Assembly: GCA_032718475.1 (NCBI GenBank)
Contig: JAUCBJ010001051.1
Span: forward strand, 12,760-76,759
Direction of reading: 5' to 3'
From: Nemertoderma westbladi
Lineage: Eukaryota > Animalia > Xenacoelomorpha
DNA: 64,000 bases
The notes beneath the pieces are model-generated. The model made no database searches, was not told the DNA's origin, and was given only the letters and a program-made list of their open reading frames with translations. Shown here piece after piece: positions 23,201-33,200 of the stretch. A program made the position numbers and the translations under genes. Each line of letters starts with the position of its first letter. Within the stretch, counting starts at the first letter, position 1.

Positions 23201-25025
23201 GGTTAACAATGAACCCAACTTATCACAGGTCGGATGTCCGAATTGGTTATGTAATTTTAGTATTGACTCCTTATTTAAGTTAACAACTAGAACTGAATCG
23301 CAGTCACTTAACTTAGAGTTAAACAAATCAATAGTATAGTGTCCAGACTGAATTTCTTTTAGAGATACCAAGTCACTTCTTACACTCATTGTATGGTTCG
23401 TAAAATTAATGATTGCATCCATCTTCTTCAATGATTCAACTGAAATCAGTAAAGGTAGATCACCTGCAATAATCTCTACCTTTAAGGTATGTTTCTTACC
23501 CGCAATCCAAACGGGGATAATCGTACAGAACATAGCCTTGCACTGCTCACCACCTCCAAATGTAAATCCTGCATTTGTAGAAAACGTTTCCACCTCAACA
23601 TCACAATTCTTTCTGATCCAACAACAATACATTGAATACCACTTGTAACCTGCCACTGTTTTTGTACAAGCAGTGTCAATTATACCTCTTGGTAAAAAAT
23701 CATAATCCTTCTCATCCACATGCAGACACAAGGAATGTGATGATATAACCATGAACGATGTTGATGGTTGTTCTGCACATTGCTCCTTATGTGGACAATC
23801 GCGATACCAATGCATGGACGAATCGCATACAGAACATCTATATGCTGCTGATGGTCCTGGTCCTGATCTCCTAAATTCATTGAAATTATTCCCAATCTGT
23901 CGGCCTCGTCCACGCTGATAACCACCACGAAACGATCTACCACGATTCCCCCAATTTTGTTTTCTATTCCAAAAACAGCCTTGATTCTGATTGTTCCCAT
24001 GATTGTCCATGCCTAAGCTCTGCGTCTCAAATACCTCTTCCGTTTTAATTACTCGATCACATCCTGCAGCTGAAGACATTCCAGAATAAGTTCGAAGTAT
24101 CGTCGATTTTATATCATTGAACTTCAATGTCGATGATGCAAGTATCATTCGTCTTTCTCGTTCATCAACATTAGCATTGTACAACAATTCAGAAGCTAAA
24201 ACTACATCACTGAGAGTCATGTCATATTGTCTCATTTCGGCATACAACTTTTCAAATTGCAGAACATAGTCTCTCATTGATATATGTGACTCCCGTCTAT
24301 TTTCTTTAAATTTCATGTATGCTGAGTAAGCCCTATCATCGGCTGGCGTTTGAAATGCTTCGTCTAATAGTTGTAAAAGAGTTTCTAATCCACCCTCAAC
24401 ATTTAACTCATGGGCAGTTAGATTCAAACCCCTTTCTTTAGCGCGCCCAACCAAACTGAGTACCACCATCCCTGCTCTCTTTGGGGCCGGAATATCCGTC
24501 ACACTACCCCATATTGCCAGCTCTTTCTTCCAATATATGTAATCATCCACCTCGGGATCAAAGCGAGGAGGATTCTTTATTGAACTTGTTCTAGACATAA
24601 GATCCAGTACTCAAATATTTCAATACAATTTTAAAAATATTTTTTTTTTTTAATAATTAATTTTATTCATTTAATTACAGACATTAAAATTTACGAATAT
24701 TTTAATTACATTATTGATCTTTTCACGCTCTGCTACCATGTTAAGAATTAAATCAATGTATAATACGAAAGGTAATGAAAGGTAATATAATAAGATAATA
24801 TATATGAGAAACGTAAAGCAGAGACAGTAACAGAAAATACTAATACATCCCTGTTACAGCTGAATGCCTAACAGCTGCAAACAACTGATACATTTAAGTA
24901 TAGTAGGTCGTATACAATATAAATCAATAAAGTGAATCTATCTAATTATTAATTAGTCTATCTAGTCTCAGTTCAGAGTTTATTGTCTTTTATTGAATAT
25001 CTTATTCAATGAGTTAATCATAACA
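20299..25025 (-). mobile_element. Ty1/Copia LTR retrotransposon, GalEa-like, apparently intact and young
   Basis: 287-bp LTRs at 20299-20585 and 24739-25025 look identical. TSD TGATC, PBS TGGTAGCAGAGCG (initiator tRNA-Met) next to the 5' LTR, PPT AAAGGAGAAGACGGGGAA. Confidence 0.96.
20540..24598 (-). CDS. Copia Gag-Pol polyprotein (1352 aa)
   Basis: CCHC CSVCDSSMHWYRDC; protease IIDTACTKTV; integrase HNQFGH/CESC, TDNGGEF, NGVVERHN; RT KARLVARGF and HVDD; RNase H ending LADPLTK. Order PR-IN-RT-RH; the stop lies inside the 3' LTR. Confidence 0.96.
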   Translation of the reverse strand: MSRTSSIKNPPRFDPEVDDYIYWKKELAIWGSVTDIPAPKRAGMVVLSLVGRAKERGLNLTAHELNVEGGLETLLQLLDEAFQTPADDRAYSAYMKFKENRRESHISMRDYVLQFEKLYAEMRQYDMTLSDVVLASELLYNANVDERERRMILASSTLKFNDIKSTILRTYSGMSSAAGCDRVIKTEEVFETQSLGMDNHGNNQNQGCFWNRKQNWGNRGRSFRGGYQRGRGRQIGNNFNEFRRSGPGPSAAYRCSVCDSSMHWYRDCPHKEQCAEQPSTSFMVISSHSLCLHVDEKDYDFLPRGIIDTACTKTVAGYKWYSMYCCWIRKNCDVEVETFSTNAGFTFGGGEQCKAMFCTIIPVWIAGKKHTLKVEIIAGDLPLLISVESLKKMDAIINFTNHTMSVRSDLVSLKEIQSGHYTIDLFNSKLSDCDSVLVVNLNKESILKLHNQFGHPTCDKLGSLLTNSGQAFDRNHVVEISESCESCQLYKRMKPKPIVTLPMANEFNEMLAIDLTHIKDQQRGSFWAIHIIDMYTRFSMVLRIMDKQSTTIQRCILDNWMSLFGNSRAILTDNGGEFAAASFTEMCDYLNIEHLSTVPYCPFSNGVVERHNGTIKEIYYKVSLTEKDLTIDSILRMACFAKNCNHNNSGFSPYQLVFGKNPRINSAINDDVLPLEPAPVGTTFEKHLRCLRETRIAYTQVENSERIRRALRCITRETGQTFKEGESVYFRHHNNRRWSGPARVVSQDGTEVLVKHGCRYLRCHRDELRRNNSQDISVSNTEVPGNIGQQNHESKKIQVDGKNDMSDDDETESNDELDDNNVDDLLHGATGDSTIQPGNSEPLRRSTRQRNEPDRFVSMFVRAKEEKDTPKFDNAKYKEYKSWVDNNAFEEINEDDIKGNSTVISTRWVLTYKGDGDEKYPKARLVARGFEDTDDVLGYAPTVTKYSMRIALSIASDDDWSAVVVDFKTAFLQGHQIQRDVYLIPPKGVPLTYGSKTLWKLRKCVYGLTEASRQWYGKVKDEILKLGGIMSKMDNAMFIFKSVDNVVGVIGLHVDDVLLAGTPSMVNAIVEKLDSIFKIGKIKKVNSEWVEFLGLQIRKRDSRFEISQAKYVDQLECLNVSDTVRIGCESETARTAVGKLMWLCTTSRPDISFSVSRLASCTSTATVSDLNKLNKLIRTVKSQPFILPLLRDMSDCITVYVDASFGNPSWGGYILLWGRAVIGWKSYRLKRVTRSALAAEAISMVDAVDEAVYLRSLISEFNPATSKRTSIKLITDNRCLFNCINNGSLCSEKRLQLDLDCVREVINEQRQFGNDRPIEWVSTVDMLADPLTKEKTGNVMINSLNKIFNKRQ

Positions 25026-28000
25026 TGATCATTTCATCTACGCTTTCCAAGTCGTGATTAAAAGGGCAATCGAAACTGGCATGTCCCTTTAATTGGCAAT
25101 GGTGACATTGAGTCATAAATTGAGGGCAAACAGCAAAGATATGCAAGTTATTGAGTCTGCAATATGCGCAATAAATTTCCATAGTTGGTTGTTCTTGGAA
25201 ATAGGAACAGCGGACATTGGTGTCCATGGGCGTATCGTGGTCTCTCGATGCGCATAACCGACAACGTTGCCTAGAAACATAGTTGGCGTGTCGATAATCG
25301 TACGCAGTGAGACACTGTGGACCTTGATACCATTCGATGATATAGTCGTTGTCGCTGTTCCGGGGCGTGATAGGCTGAATCTCCTCAGATTCTAGACATA
25401 TTGGTTCGTCTTCTAAGTGCATAGATGAGGTGGGCGTGTCTGTCTCCTCGGGTGGACCTATTGTCTGAATTTCTACGACAGAATAACCGGTGGGGATTCG
25501 AGGTCTTTGTATAACAGAGGAGTGCAGGTTCGATATACAAATCTCCTGAAAAATGGCGAATCCAGCGCTATCCAACTTCTCTGCAGCTGAGTCTCTTAGG
25601 CTGAGCTTGGTCAAAGCGCGGTCTTTAAATTGGCTATCCACGTTGCGGAACGGGGTTAAAAATCGCCGGAAACATTCGAAACGAATGAATTTATTATGTT
25701 CATCTAGCTTAGCGAGTTTGGTCCCAAGTATTAATGGATGGGCGCGTATGGTACGACTGCACACATCGGCTAGCCAACCGGCAAGTGCGGTGTTTTCAAA
25801 GATCGTGTATATAGCTAAGGAGGGACGGAGTGGAACACTCATGAAGCTATACACGGCGCCAGGTGCGGTCAATGGTCCATCAAAGTATAATCGAGAATAA
25901 TGGTCTCCGTATACTTGTTGATAGTTAATGGGATTTCCGACTTTGAAATTCCATCCGTATTCCTGAAAGGCAAGATGTCCGATGGAAGTCCGTTGCGCCT
26001 TTGTAATGTTGCTAGACGTATTAGCATACATGGTGCGGAAGAAACCTCGACCTTCTGCCCAGGGAGCAATCAGCTGAGTATCAACGAAAGGGTATGGAAT
26101 GTTCTCCATATTCCGAAAGTCGTTTTGGAGATCTCCATAAACAGCTGAGCCGATTTTAAGGATTCTTTCGTTGAATAACATCTCGAGCACGGGTTGGGGT
26201 AACATCGATCCATCGATGCCCATGGCCGGTTTGCGTTTGGTATCAATGACGTAACGCTGCTCGAGTTCGAATTGTCCATGTCGGAGATTCTTTTGTGTTT
26301 CGGTGAGAGTTTCGAATGAATAATCAATCACGTCGGAACACGCTCGAGTAAATACGTGGGTAGAACCAGCTAATCCGCGTATGTGGATCATGCGCGTAGT
26401 TCCTAGTTCTCCGACTGGAACGCTACCTTCATTATCGTAGGTGACAACTCCATACATCTCAATAACGTTAAGAGTTTCATTCCACTACTTGGTGGCGTTC
26501 TCTAGGGTCATCCCTACTGGATGCCACAAGGTGGCGCATTGGTTAGCGTCAGGGAGATCACTATACTTCATGTGCCGAGTGGTATACGTCTCCACATTTC
26601 CATATCTTTGTATTTTCTCTTCTTCAAATAATACATCTAGATTCCAATGGACTAATCGAGTTTTAATAAATCCATCGAGATTATAAGGAGGTTCTATATC
26701 TTTCTCGATTCGAGCAATGTTATACGGTTTTCTAAATGAGTTTACCTTTACTAACTGATCCAGATGTTTCTGCAATTGTTCGAGTTCGACAATGTCTAGA
26801 GGATTTATTAGTGGTAGAAACTTTAAATTATGCGTCGGGTCCTCTGGTTTTATCATATAATATTGAGTCAGATTCACGTAATAAGGGTGGTCTTTAATCC
26901 CATAAAACGAGTTCTGTAAAGGTCTAGCGCGTATGTTGACATCGTGTACCATACGACGGACAAGATCCGCTCGATTGTCCGGAGGTTCAACGAGTATACC
27001 GTCAACACGAGCGGCCTCGATCGGCAGACGCTGTAACATAGGGGCGTCAGCGATAAGATTTTGCGATCCTATACTGATATCAACCGGTTGAGGTTGTATC
27101 GTCGCGAAGAGCTTGTCACCGAAATGTGGAATCATCGAGGGATGACGAACGGTTTTAGAGTAGAGATCCGTCATGAGGATTTGAGCTTCAGGTTGGGCTA
27201 AAGCGGCTTCTTCTCTTTCTTCCAGTTTCGTGTGTTTCTCCTCGAGTAGAATTTCTTCCGCTTGTCTCTGTAAGCGTCCATCTAAGAATTCTTGTAGAGA
27301 ATACGTGCGTCCAAGCTCGATGTCTTCCTTGAGGTTTCGAATTTCTCTATCGAACTGTGGTAAGGCTAACTCCTTCACCGATTGGACTTGTTGTTGTAAT
27401 TTACGTTTCTCTAAACAATCTTGTGTTCCCTTTCCGATTTTCTGTCGAATGGCGTCCAAAGCGTTTCTTATAACACTCTCCTCGACTTCCGTAGCGGGTT
27501 GTATCGGGTTTAATCCTGGACGATTGTAAGGATCAAAGGGCGATATTAACTGCCCGCGTCCCAATCCGGCTAAGTAGGATGGGCGAATGTCTAACGAACC
27601 CACTACCGGAGCACCACCGATTAATTGTTCGGGTAACACTAAGTCTTTGAACAGGGAATATAGTTCGGGAGGATCAGTGATACTGTTAGGATCAAGAGTT
27701 TGAGGTCTCACTAAGGAATGAGGAGGCCTGACCGAGTATTCCGGAACTCTGATCATGGGTTTATTCAGTGATCGTTTAAGACGAGCGATCGTGGGTGGTA
27801 CGTCGAACAGATTTCGCTCGAAACTCCCGTAAGTGTAACGCGTAAAGCTGTGTTTAGCGCAATGTCTCCGCGGATGTTTGTGTCTTTCAGTTTGTTGGTT
27901 GGGTCTAGGGCATTTGTCACAATAATACCAAAGACGTACGTCTTGTAGAGGAAACGCGGGTGATCGTTCTCCAGTTTTGCAATATTCTTCCATTTGTTCA

Positions 28001-28587
28001 AAACTGTCTGGGATAACAGGTAGTGGACGATCTGCGGTAAGATACATCATAGTGAAATAGAGCCGTTTGAGTTCTGCCATAGGGTCGTGATGTATACCTT
28101 GAGGATATCGAGTCTCTAGGTTCTGCTGACTGGCGATGTTGAGATAAGTTTCTCTCAAAAATTCTAGGTATTCGTTGAAGTCAATGCGTTTATCTGGTTC
28201 TTCAACGTTTTCTCTTTCCAGTCTATTACGAATAGAATTTTCGTGATCTATTCTCGGTTTATCGTTACGACTCCGCTGGGTATGATATTTAAATAGAACC
28301 ATTTCCCTCTCTGTATCTACATCGTCTGTATCATGTAAATCGATAGGATGGCTGGTAGTTAAGAAGTCCATATACGTACCATTACGATTCGTATAGCGAG
28401 TGGTGAATTTTCGATAGTCCAATTCACGCGCGAGTTGCTCTCGGGACATCGGCGGTTCGATATAACGACCATCGTCCTCCGTAATGGTTGGATCGGTTTC
28501 ACCGCGTATCAAGCTATCCACAAATGCTTGTAAAGGTAGAGTATATCGCTCCCTGATACCAAGATCATCTTCTATCAACTCCATCAT
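25026..28587 (-). pseudogene. BEL ORF3, N-terminal and central parts: 700-aa unknown region, DEDDy 3'-5' exonuclease, zinc knuckles; one in-frame TAG at 26485-26487
   Basis: ORFs 26485-28587 and 25018-26457 share a frame, separated by TAG plus WNETLNVIE. ExoI VVTYDNEG; ExoII LPQPVLEMLFNERILKIGSAVYGDL; FVDTQLIA; ExoIII-like PLRPSLAIYTIFE; Cys/His clusters CRLC..H, CAYC..H..C and CHHCQLKGHASFDC. Confidence 0.8.
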
Positions 28588-28666
28588 ATCTGCTATCTGA
28601 GTTTATTAATATCAAATAAGTTTATACTTAGGCGAGCGGGCGTCGCTGCCTATTTCTTTTTGCCCC

Positions 28667-28771
28667 CGGACAGTGGGATTCTCAGCGCCGATATACCGTC
28701 GTCGCGGTGTTTACGCCAACATGTAGCAACAGCACGACAACGATAACCGGCACAAGTCACTCCACTGTCCG
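28667..28771 (-). other. Long strand-specific RNA hairpin upstream of ORF3
   Basis: Outer stem CGGACAGTGG/CCACTGTCCG. The inner ~24-bp stem has four A-C oppositions on the plus strand that become G-U pairs on the minus (element-sense) strand. Confidence 0.6.
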
Positions 28772-30211
28772 TCCCAAAGGCTTGGATCCACTTAGGTTCT
28801 TTTTATAGGAAAGTTGGGCTATTTTTACAATTGCGACTAGCTACTGTAAACATACTTTAGTAGTAACATTCACCTATCAACGCACAAATTCAACACAACT
28901 GCAACAAACTGCACACATTCGGGCCATTTGTCCGTTAGTCAGTGCCTTCCAGAATGTCACTGTATTTATTATGTATCCTTGGATACTAGCGGTGCGCTAT
29001 TTATTCCCTATGCTATTCAATGGGGCATGCCTTCTATTGTTCTTTTAACTCACTTCTAATTCTAGCGTGGTTGTTGCCATGGTGACATTATGGAAAGCTA
29101 GCGGTAGAATTAGGGTAATTCTCATGCATACAGATCTGGGATGCTATTTAATAATAATTCTTTAATTGTCAATATCCTCTCTATGTATGATTTTATTAAT
29201 TTTATCGGCTATTGACTATATGTTGGAGATTTTCGCACTCTAATACACTCAATAGGATGAATCTCCGCTCCCATGATCTATTAATTAATGGAATTTTGGG
29301 AATGTTATAAATTGTACAAAATGACAATTTATGAAATTCATTTGATGTATGAATTTAAATTTATTCCCGTGAATTTTATTATTTGGTGTTAAAATTGACA
29401 CAATTTGATTCCAGAGCAGGTCTGGGGACATAGGATCCTTAATTCTATGAAATTTGTCTTTAAGAGTATCGGTAAGTGCTACGATATCTTAATCGACTAG
29501 AATTGTTAACTGATCTGAATTTTACAGATTTTACTAAATATTAAATTAATATTTAAGATGGGCACCGATTTATTCCAGAACTTGTCTGGGGACGTTAACC
29601 ACTGATTCTAGAATTTGTCTTTCAAGTATATCGGTGGGTGCCGCGATATCTTAATCGACTAGAATTACAGATGGTCAAAAGTTTAACAGATTTGTTTGCG
29701 TTTTACGCTACTGTTATAAGGACATCACGCTACTATATGTATTATTTAATATAAGGTAGAAGAGCAATATCGCACGAAGCAATGTCAGTGTGAAGAGGCA
29801 AGTCGTTTCCAAGGTCTACCCAGAGCTTGGTTTAGCCGAGACACGAGGATCTGAACTTTGCATTCCTAATACTCTGCCTACCAATAATACTTGAATATAG
29901 TAGTGGCTTTATTGTACTTTAAGAAGTACGGACATTTCATCTTACTGTAGTCACGTATTTATAATATGATACGGACAGTAAGGAAAGAGAAAATAATTAT
30001 TTCTCGCCGTCGCACTAAATATATATTATAAGTAATTACGTACATAATAAACACTAATATATTGCACTAATCTACTAAATAATCACTAAAATAACATTCT
30101 ACTAAATAAAAATTGAATAAAAACGATTATAATAAAGTACATAATAAAGTTCGCATATAAAATGTAATAAAATAGATAAAATAATATAGTCATACACCCA
30201 CTCCAGACGTA

Positions 30212-33200
30212 TCACGTTTGGGAGTCCCTAGCTGTTTGAGGAATTAGGGAGGTGGTCGTAGGAAGAGTGTCTTGCTTTCCATAGTTTCCGGAGAGTTCTC
30301 TGTCTCTTTCCAGTAAACATAAACGACCAACTGGGCGATTGAGTTGTTGCGTCTCAAAGATTATGCCGGGCTTCTTGAAGTTACGCCGCATAACGATGAG
30401 TTCTACTGAGCGCACTAAACCATCCTCCGAGATATGGGTCTCGATGATACGACCTGTCTGCCACCGTTTACGTGGGAGGTCTGGATCTACAATAAGTACC
30501 ATATCTCCGGCGCTGACGTTTTCTTGCTGCGCAAACCACTTAGTTCGAAGTTGTAGCGTGGGCAGATAATGTTTCTCGAAATGGTCAGCGAAACGACGGG
30601 ATAGCAACTGCATAAGTTGCCAAGTTCGACGGCAGTATTCGTCTCCGTCGGCAATCTCCGATCGTGGGAGCATGGCTACCGGTTTCTTCAGTAGGAAGTG
30701 CGCAGGTGTTAGCGCTTCCAGGGAATCGGGACTCGATGAGACTGGCATAAGCGGTCTCTCGTTGAGATAGGCAGCTATTTCCTCCATTAACGTCCGCAAA
30801 AGTTCGTCGGTGAGATACGCACGGCATGGCACTATAAAGTGAAATGCGGTCTTAACACTTCTAATTAATCTCTCCCAACTTCCTCCCCACCAAGGGGCGT
30901 CGGCGGCATTGAAGGTCCAGCTAGATGCTGTTATCCTTAGCTGGTCGTCCACCTGTCTTTGGTTCCAGTCCTTTACGTAAGCCTGTATTTCGTTGTTGGC
31001 ACCAATGAAGTTCGTTCCCTTGTCCGATCTCATGGTATTACTCGTACCGAAGCGAGCGATCTGTCGTCGTAAACTTAAGACGAAGCTGTTGGTAGATAGA
31101 TCGTTCACCATATCGAGATGGATGGCTCTGCAAGTCATGCACACGAAGATGACACACCATCTCTTGACTATAGTCCTCGCACGATATACTTCAATAGGGC
31201 CAAATAAATCTACACCAGTATTGGTAAAAGGTGGTTCATAGAAGCTTACTCGTTCCCTAGGTAATTCTGCCTCTCGCTGTGTTAAAGGCCTACTGAATAC
31301 TTTCCTACAGGGTATGCAGTTCCTAAGAACTTGGTTCAGAGCTCTACGGGGTTTATCAAAATAATAGCGAGTTCGAATTTCGCTAAGAACTCGTTCTCTA
31401 CCAGCATGATAAAGCTTACTGTGAACATCTACAATCATCTTGATTTGTACTTCAAGATTTCTAATGAGTATGGGGAATTTAGTGTCAAAGGATAAGGGTG
31501 CATTGGTGAGCCTTCCTCCAACACGTATCAACCCATCTATCATTGTGCTAGAGAATCGATCCCTTAAGCGCATCTGCGGATTTCTCAACAACAGGCAATA
31601 CTTTTCGGAATCCTCATAGCATTGCAGGAGTCTCAGTATCTGTTTATTGGTCTCTTCATGCTCCTGGTGACTAATTTTCTCCTTTAGAAAACTGTCAGAT
31701 ACCTTATATTTAGGTAAGTTTTTAATAACATGAACTTGTGCAGATGTCAATGGAGCGTTATCACTAGTGGTCTTCGTCCTGGAGTAGTGATGATGAAAGC
31801 ATCTCTTTAAATATGTGACGGCTTTACAGAGCCGATTCCAGGAACTGTAGTGATGCATCGCTCTCTGCAACAGGGGTGAGATTCCTTGCGAGACGTCTGG
31901 TATTCCAGATTTCCAATCTCTATCTCGAATTTCCGCAACAGACTTATTTATGGCGAGGGATTGTGGATCCGAATCATCGTTTCCGGAAACCTGTAATACA
32001 GATAGATCGATAGTCGGTTTAAATAACTTCGATTTACTCGCCCGGGTTTTAGGTTTGACTGTCTCCGCTCCCTTGGCTTGTCTAATTTCCGCCGTAGTAA
32101 GGTGAGGAGGCCATTCATCCTCTTCCTTGCTCAGGAAGTCGGGTCCACTCAACCAGTCGGGAGTATCTATCAGTTCCTGTGGAGTTGCTCCCCTGGAGGC
32201 GATATTGGCTGGATTAATCATACCAGGGCAATGTCTCCATTGATCTATCTTTGTGCGACTAAGAATAATAGCTACTCTGTTAGTAACAAAAACGCTGAAC
32301 TGACAGACTTCATTGGTCAGATACTCCAACACGAGTAAAGCGTCGGTCCAATAAACTGTCTTCTCCAGTGGATAGTCGATTTGTTCCGTTACGTTCCGGC
32401 CGATGGCTGTAGCGTATAAAGCCGCCTTTAACTCCGCTCGAGGAACCTTTAACTTGTTGTTAATCAATGCCTTAGAGGTAACCAAGGCGACTTTGATTCC
32501 CTCCGGAGTTTCGACTCGCAGATATGCTACTATACCTATTCCCATGTCGCTGGCGTCTCCAAACACATGGAGTTGATAGGAATACGTAGGAAGAACATGG
32601 CCAAAATATGCACGGGAAATTATAAAGTTCTCGATGGCAGGTAGAGAATCTTCCCATTTCATCCATTTCTTTAACAATTCTCCCTTAAGCGGATCGTCCC
32701 ATGAGTGGTTTTCAAGCCACATTTGTTGTACTAAACTCCGAGCAATCAATATAACTGGGCTAATGAATCCCAATGGGTCGAAATAAGTGCTCAGGATACT
32801 TAAACAAATCCGTTTGGTCCGAACTGGATTATCTCGCTGTTTTAACTGAAAAAACAGGATATCTCTTTCCGTGTCCCACTTCAAGCCAAGCGTCTTGGTT
32901 TCAGGAAGATCGTCCTTTATTAAGTCTAAGTCTTTCGCTCCGCGATCTTCTACCGGTATGGCTTCCAGAAACTCACGGGAGTTGCTAGTAAATTTCGTCA
33001 GCCGAAATCCACCTCTTTTCAAACACTCTACCATTCCTTTCGCGACAGCTATGGCTTCTTCTACTGCTGGAAGGGACCTTAAATTGTCGTCCATGTATAT
33101 ATTACGTTTTATATTGTCTATCACTTCCTTTGAGAAGGAGTCTCTGTTGTCATTCGCAGTGGTTCGCACTACGGAGCAGGCGTTGGAAGGGCTAGATATG

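Noticed and set aside
26485-26487. TAG reassigned as a sense codon in this organism (TAG-TGG also follows CACYBP)
   Set aside because: The 2719-aa and 1352-aa ORFs contain no in-frame TAG, and CACYBP ends at the expected length.
25026-28587. ORF3 as an envelope gene
   Set aside because: No signal peptide or transmembrane segment is visible; it has exonuclease, zinc-knuckle and NLS-like motifs instead.
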